A DNA stretch of 62,635 bases, filler included, from 7 parts of 7 records of this genome joined end to end with filler, not necessarily neighbours in it, one strand, 5' to 3'; counted from the whole stretch's first letter, positions 49,970-60,462 are shown. The notes: a model not told the origin generated them from the letters alone. Numbers and translations are program-made.

Positions 49970-50379
49970 CTAGTCATTTATTCTCGACCAATTTTCGATA
50001 GCCAGCCCGGGCAAACGATTGAAATGTTTTTCATTATTGGTTACGAAAACCATTTTCTCGCTTATTGCAACTCCGGCAATTAATAAATCAATGTCATCAA
50101 TAATATTTCCACTCCCTTTTATTTGTGCATTCAATTCTGCGGAGATGTTACAGGATTTCTGATTTATTGGTATAATGTTGCAATTTTTAATGAATCTCTC
50201 GAAAATATGAAGCTGCTTTTGTGCTGATAGGGCTTTCAAACCTGAAACGATCTCATAATAAGTGATATGTTAATTACTGAACGATTCTCCAGGTACTTTT
50301 TGAAATTCTTGACAACTATAGGATTTCCTTTGAGAAAATAACTTAAAATATCTGTGTCAATCAGTGATCTGGTTTCCAT
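49970..50379 (-). pseudogene. vapC: VapC (PIN) toxin, frameshifted
   Basis: 5' frame METRSLIDTDILSYFLKG; 3' frame YYEIVSGL...IDDIDLLIAGVA...VTNNEKHF; frame break near 50257-50263. Confidence 0.85.
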
Positions 50380-50605
50380 TTCTGCGAGATTTATTCTGTC
50401 GTCTTTTTTGTAAACCGGTTGTCAAACTATCAAATGTTTTCTCGTCTATATCTTTCCAAATGCCAGCATATTTAAATATCTCTGATTTTCCAGGTTTGTA
50501 ATCTTCAATAGAATCAAGAAAGTCTTGAATTGAAACGAGTTGATCATCAGGTATTTTATTTATCCGCTGAATAAGCAAATCACGTATGTTTTTTTCCGAA
50601 TACAT
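50357..50605 (-). CDS. Probable antitoxin
   Basis: 82 aa, directly upstream of and overlapping vapC; contains KYAGIWKD. Confidence 0.65.
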   Translation of the reverse strand: MYSEKNIRDLLIQRINKIPDDQLVSIQDFLDSIEDYKPGKSEIFKYAGIWKDIDEKTFDSLTTGLQKRRQNKSRRNGNQITD

Positions 50606-50730
50606 ATTAGAACTTTTCTTACAAAAAGAATAAAATCCAATTGATTATGTTTTTGCCCTGAACATGAAAACCATACCTTTATCTTGCGGATATTAAAATT
50701 CATGTACATTTGCCGCCCTGATAAAAAGGT

Positions 50731-51663
50731 ATGACCAACGAAAAACGGAATATTGTCCTTGGAGCCATTGCAGTAAGCATTTCGGCAATTTTTTGGGGTT
50801 TTGACGGGATTGTACTCACTCCGCGGCTTTATAACCTTGATGTGGGCTACGTGGTTTTTGTTTTGCATGCCATCCCGTTTGTGATCATGAATTTTTTTCT
50901 GTTTCGCCAGTATAAGTACCTGAAAATATTTTCGCCGGTTGATTATTTTTTTATTGGTCTTGTAGCGTTATTTGGTGGTGCTATTGGAACCATGGCAATC
51001 GTAAGGGCCCTTTTCCTGGTCAATTTTGAGCACCTTACCATTGTGGTGTTATTACAAAAGCTGCAACCTATTTTCGGTATAGCCCTTGCTGCCCTGATTT
51101 TAAAAGAAAAGATCGGAAGAAATTACATCCTCTGGGCGTCGATTGCTATCGTTGGCGGGTATTTCCTCACTTTTGGATTTCACACACCAAATCTTGTAAC
51201 AGGTGCCAACACCATATATGCAGCAGGTTTTGCATTGCTGGCTTCATTTTCTTTTGGAAGTTCAACTGTATTCAGTAAAAAAATTCTGAATAAATACAGT
51301 TTCAAAACAGCTACATTTTATCGCTATGGTTTTGCAGCTTTGTTTATGCTGTTCTTTGTCTTGATCTCAGGTAAAATAAACCAGGTTTACGTAACTACGC
51401 AACTCAACTGGATTATCTTTTTTGTGATCGCCATAACTACCGGATCCGGTGCGATTTTTCTTTATTATTTTGGCCTAACCCGTGTAAAGGCTATCATTGC
51501 AACAATTTGCGAGTTGTTTTTTCCGGTTTCAGCCATAGTTTTCGACTACATCTTTAATGATGCAAAACTGAGTATTGTTCAATGGGTTAGCGCAGGTGTA
51601 ATGATTTTTGCCATTGTAAACCTCAATCGTGAGCGGGCAAAAAAACTGGAACAAATCAGTTAA
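50731..51663 (+). CDS. DMT/EamA-family transporter
   Basis: About 10 TM spans in two repeats; LQPIFGIALAALILKEK. Confidence 0.9.
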   Translation: MTNEKRNIVLGAIAVSISAIFWGFDGIVLTPRLYNLDVGYVVFVLHAIPFVIMNFFLFRQYKYLKIFSPVDYFFIGLVALFGGAIGTMAIVRALFLVNFEHLTIVVLLQKLQPIFGIALAALILKEKIGRNYILWASIAIVGGYFLTFGFHTPNLVTGANTIYAAGFALLASFSFGSSTVFSKKILNKYSFKTATFYRYGFAALFMLFFVLISGKINQVYVTTQLNWIIFFVIAITTGSGAIFLYYFGLTRVKAIIATICELFFPVSAIVFDYIFNDAKLSIVQWVSAGVMIFAIVNLNRERAKKLEQIS

Positions 51664-51677
51664 TGTGGCGGTCAGAT

Positions 51678-52901
51678 TTATTTTAAGAAATTTCCAGCCA
51701 TCCCAAAAACTTCCTCAAATTTTTCTATTACATCATGCTGAAACTTATCCCGCAATGGAAACGGATTCTCGTGGGTATAAGGAAACGGGAAATCCATGAT
51801 TTTTACATGCACAGGGATATCTCTTGCCGTTCCCTGCAGGGTATTTAAAACTTCATAATAAGGCACTACACGATCCTGTTTCAGTACAACTGCCATAATC
51901 CGATCACTTATTTGCCTGATTTTCTCCTCACGAAAATCGATCATTTTGTTGTAATCAATCATCGATTTAAATACCATGCCTTCTCGATGCGACTCACTGA
52001 AATAGTGCGCAAGCCTGTCATCTGTGTTCATATAGCTGTCCAGATGCTCAAGGAAAAAGGAATAAAGGGCAATGTTGGCCTCACTGTCCAGAATGGTTTT
52101 TTGTACTGGCGCCATCCGGTTAAACACCGGTCCGCCGCAGAAAATAAATAATCTGGATTTATCGAAATGCCCACCCGGATTATCCATCATTAAAACCTCC
52201 ATCAGGAAAGCACCTATTGAATAAGCGAAAAAATCGATGGTGGCATTCTTGGCAATTACCGGGTGATTATCACTCCTGATTTCGTTGATCAACTGAATGA
52301 TGTCATAAAAAGTCTGAACCCCTGACCAGAAAAACCTTTGCGGTAATATGTGTAGCCGGGTACTGATGGCAACATTGGCAAATGATGATCCTACAACGGC
52401 CGGAAACAAGCCCTCGCGCTCATACTTAAGGTCGTTCATGGTACGCACGTCCGACCAGTCTTTGGGGGCGCGGTTCATATGAAAAGCAATCGGGAAGAGG
52501 ATCACGGCTTTGTTTGTCTTTTCTGCAAGTGCTTTTGCCCAAACCAGGTATTTGTCCCAGTTTTTCTCGTTTAACCCATGAAACAGCATAATAGCACCAT
52601 TTGCTTTTTCTTTGAAGGCAGGGCTGAATACGGAATAAGTAAAAAAACGGTTTTCATGAACCTTGGAATCGGCAAGGTTTAATATTTCGTTGATTTCGGG
52701 AGATATGGCATTTTGATAGTCTGGTGTTTTTGGGAAAATCCTCCCGTGATCTTCATACTGGTCTTCACCTGGTAGTATTTTGCAATTTTCTGATTCGAAA
52801 GGGATGTTATGAATCCTGAGGTTTCCATCATAAACATCGATCACATCCCTGGAAATGTGAAAGGTTTTCTTTAGGTAATTGAAATCATCTTTATATGCCA
52901 T
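51678..52901 (-). CDS. Alpha/beta-hydrolase-fold protein (DUF6051-like)
   Basis: LFHGLNE, FPIAFHMNR, AYSIG, D.VVP and HENPFP; start at MAYKD. Confidence 0.7.
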   Translation of the reverse strand: MAYKDDFNYLKKTFHISRDVIDVYDGNLRIHNIPFESENCKILPGEDQYEDHGRIFPKTPDYQNAISPEINEILNLADSKVHENRFFTYSVFSPAFKEKANGAIMLFHGLNEKNWDKYLVWAKALAEKTNKAVILFPIAFHMNRAPKDWSDVRTMNDLKYEREGLFPAVVGSSFANVAISTRLHILPQRFFWSGVQTFYDIIQLINEIRSDNHPVIAKNATIDFFAYSIGAFLMEVLMMDNPGGHFDKSRLFIFCGGPVFNRMAPVQKTILDSEANIALYSFFLEHLDSYMNTDDRLAHYFSESHREGMVFKSMIDYNKMIDFREEKIRQISDRIMAVVLKQDRVVPYYEVLNTLQGTARDIPVHVKIMDFPFPYTHENPFPLRDKFQHDVIEKFEEVFGMAGNFLK

Positions 52902-53043
52902 GCGGGCAAAAATACGCATAATCCTATGCGGGTGTGCCAGTGAAGTGCATAGTTTTGTAATATTGATTTTTATTTTGAGTAAGATAAATCTCCCTTTCTT
53001 GCGCATTTAATTTGGAAAGTACAGCCGATAAATTGACATGATT

Positions 53044-54690
53044 ATGAAAAATTATTTCCTTATTGTGGTAGTGATAATAGTTTGTTCTACGGGATCCGTT
53101 GCACAGCATGTTCCCCAGTTTACAAGGCAGGACACTTTGCGGGGTTCCATAACACCTGAACGCAAGTGGTGGGATCTGGCGTATTATCATTTGGATGTTT
53201 CGGTGAATCCTGTTGACAGCACTTTCGTTGGAGTTAATGAAATTCACTTTCGGGCCCTCGATTCTGGGAAAGTGTTACAGATCGATTTGCAGAAGCCTAT
53301 GAGAATAACTTCAGTAACCATGGATGAACGTGACCTGGATTTTATTCAGGATGGAAATGCCTGGTTCATAGAAATAAACAGAGTAATTGAACCGCCTGAC
53401 GCAGCCAGGATTAAAGTTTATTTTGAGGGAAAGCCCAGGGTTAGCCACCGCCCGCCTTGGGACGGAGGTGTATCATGGAGATATGATGAGAAAAACAGGC
53501 CATTTATTGCTACCGCTAATCAGGGTGATGGCGCAAGCTTATGGTGGCCTTGCAAAGATCACATGTATGACGAACCCGACAGCATGCTTTTAAGTGTAAC
53601 AACGCCCGGCGATCTCATGGACGTCTCGAACGGCCGGTTGCGTGGAAATATTCAAAATCCCGATGGAACGATAACCTGGAACTGGTTTGTGTCAAATCCC
53701 ATCAGTAATTATGCAGTGAATTTAAACATTGCAAATTATGTGCACTTTAGTGAGGTTTTCCAGGGAGAAATAGGCCCGTTGGATTGCGATTATTATGTTT
53801 TGGATTACAATCTCGAAAAAGCAAAATCTCACTTTACTGAGGTTTCCCGCATGCTTGAAGCCTTTGAGTACTGGTTTGGGCCATACCCTTTTTATGAAGA
53901 TGGATACAAACTGGTGGAAGTGCCATATCCCGGCATGGAGCATCAAAGTTCGGTAACTTATGGTAATGGATTCCAGAATGGTTTTGGGGGCCGTGATATC
54001 AGTCAGACCGGCTGGGGAGGCAAGTTCGACTTTATCATCGTTCACGAATCGGGACATGAGTGGTTTGCCAACAACATTACCTATCGCGACATAGCCGACA
54101 TGTGGGTCCACGAAAGCTTCATTGCTTATTCTGAAGGTCTGTTTGTGGAATATTTCTGGGGTAAAGAGGCAGGTGCAGAATATCTGCGTGGCGTTCGCTC
54201 AAACATTGCCCACGATCGGCCGATTATTGGGGTTTATAATGTAAATCATGAAGGATCGGGAGATATGTATCCCAAGGGGGCCAACATGCTGCATACACTG
54301 AGGCAGGTGATCAATGATGATGAAAAATGGCGTAGCATACTTCGTGGGCTTAATGCTGAGTTTTATCATCAAACAGTAAGTGGACGGCAGATTGAGGAAT
54401 ATATTGATGACCAGGTTACCTGGGACTTGAGTGCATTTTTTGATCAGTACCTTCGGGAAACCACGACACCAACACTTGAATACCGGTTTATTGACGACCG
54501 ACTTATGTACAGATGGAGCAATTGCATTCCCGCTTTTGAGATGCCGGTGAAAGTTAGTGTTAATGGAAAGGAATCCTGGTTGTATCCTTCCATTGGGTGG
54601 AATGGAACAAAAGAACATGTCAGGAAAAAGAATAACACACTGGAAATAGATCCGGATTTTTATGTGTCAGGTTTTGAGCTGACCAATTAA
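53044..54690 (+). CDS. M1-family zinc aminopeptidase, secreted
   Basis: Signal peptide; GMEHQS, HESGHEW...WVHES (HExxH-x18-E), MYPKG. Confidence 0.93.
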   Translation: MKNYFLIVVVIIVCSTGSVAQHVPQFTRQDTLRGSITPERKWWDLAYYHLDVSVNPVDSTFVGVNEIHFRALDSGKVLQIDLQKPMRITSVTMDERDLDFIQDGNAWFIEINRVIEPPDAARIKVYFEGKPRVSHRPPWDGGVSWRYDEKNRPFIATANQGDGASLWWPCKDHMYDEPDSMLLSVTTPGDLMDVSNGRLRGNIQNPDGTITWNWFVSNPISNYAVNLNIANYVHFSEVFQGEIGPLDCDYYVLDYNLEKAKSHFTEVSRMLEAFEYWFGPYPFYEDGYKLVEVPYPGMEHQSSVTYGNGFQNGFGGRDISQTGWGGKFDFIIVHESGHEWFANNITYRDIADMWVHESFIAYSEGLFVEYFWGKEAGAEYLRGVRSNIAHDRPIIGVYNVNHEGSGDMYPKGANMLHTLRQVINDDEKWRSILRGLNAEFYHQTVSGRQIEEYIDDQVTWDLSAFFDQYLRETTTPTLEYRFIDDRLMYRWSNCIPAFEMPVKVSVNGKESWLYPSIGWNGTKEHVRKKNNTLEIDPDFYVSGFELTN

Positions 54691-54775
54691 TTTAATGGTG
54701 GAGTAGAAGGGTTGAGATTTTGCGATGATTGAAAGTGTTTGAAGAAAAATCATCGTCAGAATTTTTAAAAAACAT

Positions 54776-54783
54776 TATCTTTG
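54776..54783 (+). promoter_or_regulatory. Bacteroidota -7 promoter box
   Basis: TATCTTTG (TAnnTTTG) followed by GC-rich CGCCCGC, upstream of the tRNA locus. Confidence 0.65.
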
Positions 54784-54796
54784 CGCCCGCATTTAT

Positions 54797-54929
54797 GGAT
54801 GTGGCGAAATTGTGCCGAAAAACCTATTCTGAATATTCGGGATTTGATTTAAAGGTTTTTCGAGCATCCTCGAAATTTCAAATCAGGCAAAGCTTGAAGA
54901 AATTTCGGGAGTAGATGCGCCAGACTTAG
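54797..54929 (+). pseudogene. Interrupted partial tRNA-Leu(TAG) copy with a 98-nt double-hairpin insert in the D-loop
   Basis: GGATGTGGCGAAATTG (54797-54812) + insert + GTAGATGCGCCAGACTTAG (54911-54929) aligns to the tRNA at 54950. Confidence 0.8.
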
Positions 54930-54949
54930 TATTGTAATTGAAATAATTT

Positions 54950-54992
54950 GCGGATGTGGCGAAATTGGTAGACGCGCTAGACTTAGGATCTA
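54950..54992 (+). tRNA. tRNA-Leu(TAG), 5' part
   Basis: GCGGATGTGGCGAAATTGGTAGACGCGCTAGACTTAGGATCTA, cut by the spacer. Confidence 0.93.
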
Positions 54993-55092
54993 NNNNNNNN
55001 NNNNNNNNNNNNNNNNNNNNNNNNNNNNNNNNNNNNTTAATTAATTAANNNNNNNNNNNNNNNNNNNNNNNNNNNNNNNNNNNNNNNNNNNN
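54993..55092. other. Artificial contig spacer
   Basis: N-run + TTAATTAATTAA + N-run. Confidence 0.99.
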
Positions 55093-55163
55093 CTCTTCTG
55101 TGTCGTACAAAATAAAAGCTCCTCTCTTCTTATACAAAGATTTTGAGCCTTACACAAATTTAT

Positions 55164-55952
55164 TTACAGTCTAGATTTGTATCGATTGAATTGCTCAATC
55201 TGGTTCAAAGCATTTGTTGAAATACATGTCGTATCTGATATTGTATAAAGTAAGTTATATCCTCGATTATATTTTTCGATCGCATCTTCTACACCAGAGG
55301 CAACGGTACCCAGAAACTTATTACTGTTAAGAACTACATCTTCAACTTTAGAAATGGCTTTTTGTACCTCAGGATGAGATGGATTGCCTATATAACCCAT
55401 GGAAGTAGATAAATCTGCAGGTCCAATAAAAATACCATCGATACCACCAACTTGGATTATCTCTTGGATATTCTCGACTCCTTCATAAGTTTCTATGGCA
55501 ATCATCACGATTATCTCATTATTTGCATTCTCATAGTAAGCCTTTTTATTCATCCCATAACAGACTGCTCGTTGACTTCCTGCAATCCCTCTTATACCGA
55601 GGGGAGGATATTTACAATATAAGACAGCTTTTTCTGCTTCTTCTCTGGTAGATACATATGGAATGTGAACACCGGCTGTGCCAATGTCCAATACTTGTTT
55701 AATAGATACTAAATCATTCCAGGGGACCCTGACCATGGGAAAGCAATTCGTTCCTTTTACTGCCTGCATCATTGATACAGATGCCAGTAGATGAGTAGGA
55801 GAGTGTTCCGCATCTATCACAATCATATCAAAACCGGCTTCAGCGAAAATCTCTGCAGTGATATTGCTGCCTGTTTGTATCCAAGCAGCATTAACCTTGT
55901 CTTTCCGTATCAGTTTGGCTCTGACATTAGATTCAAATATTCTGTTTTTCAT
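55164..55952 (-). CDS. HpcH/HpaI (GarL-like) class II pyruvate aldolase
   Basis: IDAEHSP, VRVP, KYPPLGIRG, IET, GIDGIFIGPADLS. Confidence 0.93.
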   Translation of the reverse strand: MKNRIFESNVRAKLIRKDKVNAAWIQTGSNITAEIFAEAGFDMIVIDAEHSPTHLLASVSMMQAVKGTNCFPMVRVPWNDLVSIKQVLDIGTAGVHIPYVSTREEAEKAVLYCKYPPLGIRGIAGSQRAVCYGMNKKAYYENANNEIIVMIAIETYEGVENIQEIIQVGGIDGIFIGPADLSTSMGYIGNPSHPEVQKAISKVEDVVLNSNKFLGTVASGVEDAIEKYNRGYNLLYTISDTTCISTNALNQIEQFNRYKSRL

Positions 55953-56229
55953 AACGTTCCTTTTAATGTGTAACTTCTATCGAGATAATATGTATGACAA
56001 ATAGTCTTTTGTATAAACATATTGTATTAATATTCCTAAAAAAACAATCGTTTTATATAAATTAGTCTGTTTAATGTTGAATTTGTCCGACAGATATGGT
56101 ATTGTTTGTCTAGTTGAGGGCTTGGAATTGTCTGGTATGTTGCTGATAAGTGATGTATAAGTAAAAGTCTTCAGTAGAGAAATGGCGAGGGTATATAAGT
56201 CTATTTTGGATACAGATGGCAATAAAAGA

Positions 56230-56982
56230 ATGAAGAAAAGCGACATAGTGGCACAAAAAATACTTGAGAAGATTTCCAGTGGGGAAATTGATGTAGGAGA
56301 TCGATTACCTTCTGAAACGGTTTTGGCTAAAACTTATGAAGTAAGCCGTACCACTTTGAGAGAAGCATTTAAAAAATTAGAACAGTTTGGTGCTGTTGAA
56401 TCAAAGCGGGGAAGCGGTACGTATGTATCAAATACATTTTCAGAAGATGCAAAAGATAATGGAGAACTTTCTGGAAATAAGTCTCTGTCGATGAATCTTG
56501 CTATTGATGCAATTAAAGGCATGTTGAATATCAACAATTATAAAGCTACTCACTATTTAGATGCACGTAGAACTGTTGAATTTTCAGCCGTTGATCTGGC
56601 AGTTGTTGTTATGGATGATGAAAACTTCAGAGCTTTGAATTCAAATATAGAAGAATCTGAATCACCAGATTGTTCTATTGAGAGATATCGGGAACTTGAC
56701 TGTCTATTCCATAGGGAATTAGTAAAATCTGCTAAAAATGATTTTTTATTGATATTCTGGATGATACTTGAGCCGTGCTTAAGAGAACAAGTCTTAAGGA
56801 TAGTTGATACCCCTGTCATATCTGCTAATTCAAAGAGTAAACATAGAAGGATATTTGAAGCACTCTTAAAAAGAGATGCTAATGAAGCGAAGTCTATGCT
56901 GGAAGAACATTATAGTACAATTTTAGGACGATTCTTTTTGAAAGCTACTCAGGTAGTAGCGGATGATGAAAAGAAGTCGTAA
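56230..56982 (+). CDS. FadR/GntR-family regulator
   Basis: GDRLPSE..LA..YEVSRTTLREA; FCD motifs LDCLFHREL and HRRIFEAL. Confidence 0.92.
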   Translation: MKKSDIVAQKILEKISSGEIDVGDRLPSETVLAKTYEVSRTTLREAFKKLEQFGAVESKRGSGTYVSNTFSEDAKDNGELSGNKSLSMNLAIDAIKGMLNINNYKATHYLDARRTVEFSAVDLAVVVMDDENFRALNSNIEESESPDCSIERYRELDCLFHRELVKSAKNDFLLIFWMILEPCLREQVLRIVDTPVISANSKSKHRRIFEALLKRDANEAKSMLEEHYSTILGRFFLKATQVVADDEKKS

Positions 56983-58641
56983 ATGGATGAAAAAATGAAA
57001 TATAGAAGTCACGCCCTCAGGAAACGTGGGCTAACAGAGGGCTATATGAGAGCCTGTGGTATGGTCGATGAAGAATTCGATCAGCCATTGATACTTGTTT
57101 TAAATACCTGGAATGAACTGCATCCTGGGCATGCCCATTTAAAAGAAATATCGAAAGCCGTTAAAGAGGGCGTTAGAATTGGTGGCGGTACTCCATTTGA
57201 AGTAAATACTATCTCTATGTGTGATGGTATTCGAACTCCACAATCCAATAAATACATATTGCCTTCCAGAGAGCTTATTACTGATTCAATTGAATCAACT
57301 GCAGAGGTATATCAAGCCGATGGGATGGTTTTGATTTCGACATGTGACAAGATTGCGCCTGCATGTTTAATGGCCGCTGCTAGAGTGAACATTCCTTCTA
57401 TCATCGTTAGTGGAGGTCCGATGCTTTCAGGTCATATCCGAGGCAAAAAAATTGAGAATCAGGATATGAATGATGCGGGAAGCGGTTATAGAGATGGCAA
57501 GAAAATGACTGAGGAAGAGATGCATGAGCTTGTCGAAGGCATCTGCGGATCGGTCGGTGGATGTTGGGGAATGGGTACAGCAAATACAATGGCGTGTGTA
57601 ACTGAAGCTATCGGTATGAGTCTGCCGCACTCTGCATGTACCCATGCTGTTGAAGCTCAAAAGTATAGACAAGCAAAAAAAAGCGGAATAGCTGTCATGG
57701 ATCTTGTGAAAAAGAATATCAGAGCTCTTGATATTATGACAAAAAATGCTTTTGAAAATGCTCTCATTGTTAATGAAGCCATTGGTGGATCAACTAACTC
57801 TTTTTTACATATCCCTGCTGTTGCAAATGAGGCTGGAATCAAGATTCCCATAGAACATTTTGATGAGATCGGTGCCGTAACCCCACAAATCTGTAATGTA
57901 ATGCCCGCCGGTCCATATGACATGATGGATATTAGGATTGCTGGTGGAATACCTGCTGTTGAGAAGGAACTAATTAGCAGATTAGATTCCAGTGTTTTAA
58001 CAGTTACAGGTAAAACACTAAAAGAGAATTTAGAGAATGTAGAGAATTATGATAATTCAATAATCCGTTCCACCGAGAACCCTTTCAGGCAACAGGGAAG
58101 TCATGCTGTTGTTAAAGGGAATTTAGCCAAGGATGGTGCTGTTGTAAAAAGAGTCGCAGTATCAGAGAACCTAATGAAGCATACAGGTCCTGCAAAAGTC
58201 TTCGATAATGGAGATGATGCATTAGAGGCGATCAGAGCAGGAAATATACAGGATGGTGATGTCATCGTTATCAGGTACGAAGGGCCAAAGGGCGGCCCGG
58301 GAATGAGAGAAATGGTTGATATTACAAGGACATTGAGCAGTATCAACGCGGAAGATAAAGTTGCATTAATAACGGATGGAAGGTTTTCCGGATATTCAAG
58401 TGGAGCGGTCTTTGGACACTGTTCACCTGAAGCTCAAGAAGGCGGTCTTATAGCCATCGTAAGTGACGGTGATATCATCTCTTATGATATTGAAGAAAGA
58501 ACCATCAATGTTGAACTTGATGATGATGAAATCCAAAGAAGATATAAATACTGGAAACCGAAAGAAATTGAATATAAAGGTTATTTACGCAGGTATAGTA
58601 AATTAGTTTCATCAGGAGCTGATGGAGCTATCATGCCGTAG
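56983..58641 (+). CDS. IlvD/Edd-family dihydroxy-acid dehydratase
   Basis: SMCDG, CDKIAP, GMGTANTM, GGSTN, YEGPKGGPGMREM, TDGRFSG. Confidence 0.93.
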   Translation: MDEKMKYRSHALRKRGLTEGYMRACGMVDEEFDQPLILVLNTWNELHPGHAHLKEISKAVKEGVRIGGGTPFEVNTISMCDGIRTPQSNKYILPSRELITDSIESTAEVYQADGMVLISTCDKIAPACLMAAARVNIPSIIVSGGPMLSGHIRGKKIENQDMNDAGSGYRDGKKMTEEEMHELVEGICGSVGGCWGMGTANTMACVTEAIGMSLPHSACTHAVEAQKYRQAKKSGIAVMDLVKKNIRALDIMTKNAFENALIVNEAIGGSTNSFLHIPAVANEAGIKIPIEHFDEIGAVTPQICNVMPAGPYDMMDIRIAGGIPAVEKELISRLDSSVLTVTGKTLKENLENVENYDNSIIRSTENPFRQQGSHAVVKGNLAKDGAVVKRVAVSENLMKHTGPAKVFDNGDDALEAIRAGNIQDGDVIVIRYEGPKGGPGMREMVDITRTLSSINAEDKVALITDGRFSGYSSGAVFGHCSPEAQEGGLIAIVSDGDIISYDIEERTINVELDDDEIQRRYKYWKPKEIEYKGYLRRYSKLVSSGADGAIMP

Positions 58642-58710
58642 AAAATAATTAATGATTTAGATCTTATGCAGTATTGCTTAAGGATATTAGACAAAAGGAG
58701 AGATGCTTTT

Positions 58711-59832
58711 ATGAAAAAAACATTGCTGAATTCTGTTCTTGTAATGTCGGCAATCACGACATTGTTAGTAGGTTGTGGTTCTAAAGAAACTTCGACAGCT
58801 GGAGGAATAAAAGCTGCTAAGGCAAGTGATGAAAAAGTCGTAATCCAGATAGGTTATGCAGACCCCGCCGGTGAATATTCACGTAGTGATTATCTGATCA
58901 ATGCAGCTAATGAGAAGTTACAGGAAACATTGGATGGAAAAGTCGTTTTCGAAGGGGTTCCCTCAGGACAGTTAGGTACTGAAACTGATATGTTAAACGG
59001 ATGCTCAGATGGCTCAGTAGAAGCTGCACTGCTATCGGTTGACACATTCTCAAACCAGGTTCCCATGCTGCAACTTTATACAATGCCGTATCTGACAAAC
59101 TATTATGAGCAGTGTTTTATTCTGTTGGACAGTGATTATTTCTGGAATAAAACACTCGATACTTTTGAAAATGACTGGAATATTCATCCGCTTGGTGGGT
59201 ATAGCTATAATGGCCCTCGTATGCTGACTGCTAACAAGCCAATTAGAAATCTTGAGGATTGTAAGGATGTTGTTGTCCGAATAACAACCAATCAAATTGC
59301 ACAGAAAGTATGGGAAGCTCTTGGTGCTAATCCTACAGTGGTGGCGTTTAGCGAATGCTATACTGCTTTTTCACAAGGTGTTGTTGATGGTATCGACTGC
59401 CCTGTCGATGCTCAGTATATGTGCGCTTTTTACGAGCCTGCTAAATATCTAGACTTCACTGATGAGTATGATGTTCTTTCGTTACCAATGATCAACCTGG
59501 ATTTGTGGAATAGCTTTTCACAGGATGAGCAGAAAGCAATTGAGGCTGCTTTTAAATATGGTGTTGATTTTGAACGAAAGCATGTGCTTGAAGTCATGGA
59601 TGAAGTAACAGAGATGATGACTGACGGAACAGTTGCAAGCCTTGAAAAATGTGATATTGATCGTAATGAGTTTCAAAAAGCTACACTAAGCGTGCATGAA
59701 GAGTACTATGATAAGCTTGGAAGTGAACTTTTTGATTGGGCTTATGAAGAGCTTGATAAAGATAACCTAGAAAAAGGTTATCCCCTTTGGAAAAATATGG
59801 CGACTTGGTCAGATTATTCAAAAAAATCTTAA
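58711..59832 (+). CDS. dctP: TRAP transporter substrate-binding lipoprotein (DctP family)
   Basis: Lipobox LVGC; PSGQLG.E; ALGANPT.VAFSECYTAFSQGVVDG. Confidence 0.9.
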   Translation: MKKTLLNSVLVMSAITTLLVGCGSKETSTAGGIKAAKASDEKVVIQIGYADPAGEYSRSDYLINAANEKLQETLDGKVVFEGVPSGQLGTETDMLNGCSDGSVEAALLSVDTFSNQVPMLQLYTMPYLTNYYEQCFILLDSDYFWNKTLDTFENDWNIHPLGGYSYNGPRMLTANKPIRNLEDCKDVVVRITTNQIAQKVWEALGANPTVVAFSECYTAFSQGVVDGIDCPVDAQYMCAFYEPAKYLDFTDEYDVLSLPMINLDLWNSFSQDEQKAIEAAFKYGVDFERKHVLEVMDEVTEMMTDGTVASLEKCDIDRNEFQKATLSVHEEYYDKLGSELFDWAYEELDKDNLEKGYPLWKNMATWSDYSKKS

Positions 59833-59889
59833 GGCAATAAATCCTGTAATAATAAAATCAAAAAATGATGAAATGATATCTTAGATAAT

Positions 59890-59920
59890 TTAGGAATGGA
59901 GGATAACCCTCCATTCCTAA
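59890..59920 (+). terminator. 13-bp hairpin between dctP and dctQ
   Basis: TTAGGAATGGAGG / CCTCCATTCCTAA; attenuator or stability element. Confidence 0.55.
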
Positions 59921-59952
59921 TCTAGTCAAGCTATCTTCAAAGGAGAACTAAG

Positions 59953-60462
59953 GTGAATAAAATAAAGCATGGCTTAGATGTTTTTGTTGATTATATCAAT
60001 AAATTATATCTTGCTTTTGCAGCCTTTATGCTATGTTTTATCGTGGTGACCTGTGCATTGCAAGTTGCTAGTCGGTATATCACATTTGTGCATATTCTTG
60101 GGATGGAAGAACTAGCGAGAATTGGCTTTGTATGGATGGTATCACTAGCTCTTAGTTTATGTGTCGCATATAAGGCACACATGAAAATTGATGTTATTGC
60201 AAGCAAAATAAATGGAAAACTAAAACCTTACTATAGCATTCTAATCGATTTAATATTTCTATTTTATCTAATTATATTATTTAAATTTAGTATTATTAAA
60301 AATATGAAAGTTGGTAATCAAGTTACTATCGTCTTTTTAATTAAAATGAAGTATTTGTACTCAGCTCTAATTGTAGGTAGTGGCGGCGCTATTATAAATA
60401 CTGTTCATGGTATCTTAAATAATATTGTAAAAATATATACTTGCAAGGTGGATGAAAACTAA
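59953..60462 (+). CDS. dctQ: TRAP small permease
   Basis: QVASRY, EELAR, HMKID; four TM spans. Confidence 0.88.
   Translation: MNKIKHGLDVFVDYINKLYLAFAAFMLCFIVVTCALQVASRYITFVHILGMEELARIGFVWMVSLALSLCVAYKAHMKIDVIASKINGKLKPYYSILIDLIFLFYLIILFKFSIIKNMKVGNQVTIVFLIKMKYLYSALIVGSGGAIINTVHGILNNIVKIYTCKVDEN

Noticed and set aside
35512-54992. Genomic island bounded by two tRNA-Leu genes
   Set aside because: Different isoacceptors pointing outward, each with its own promoter; no integrase; ordinary gene content; tRNAs are common assembly breakpoints
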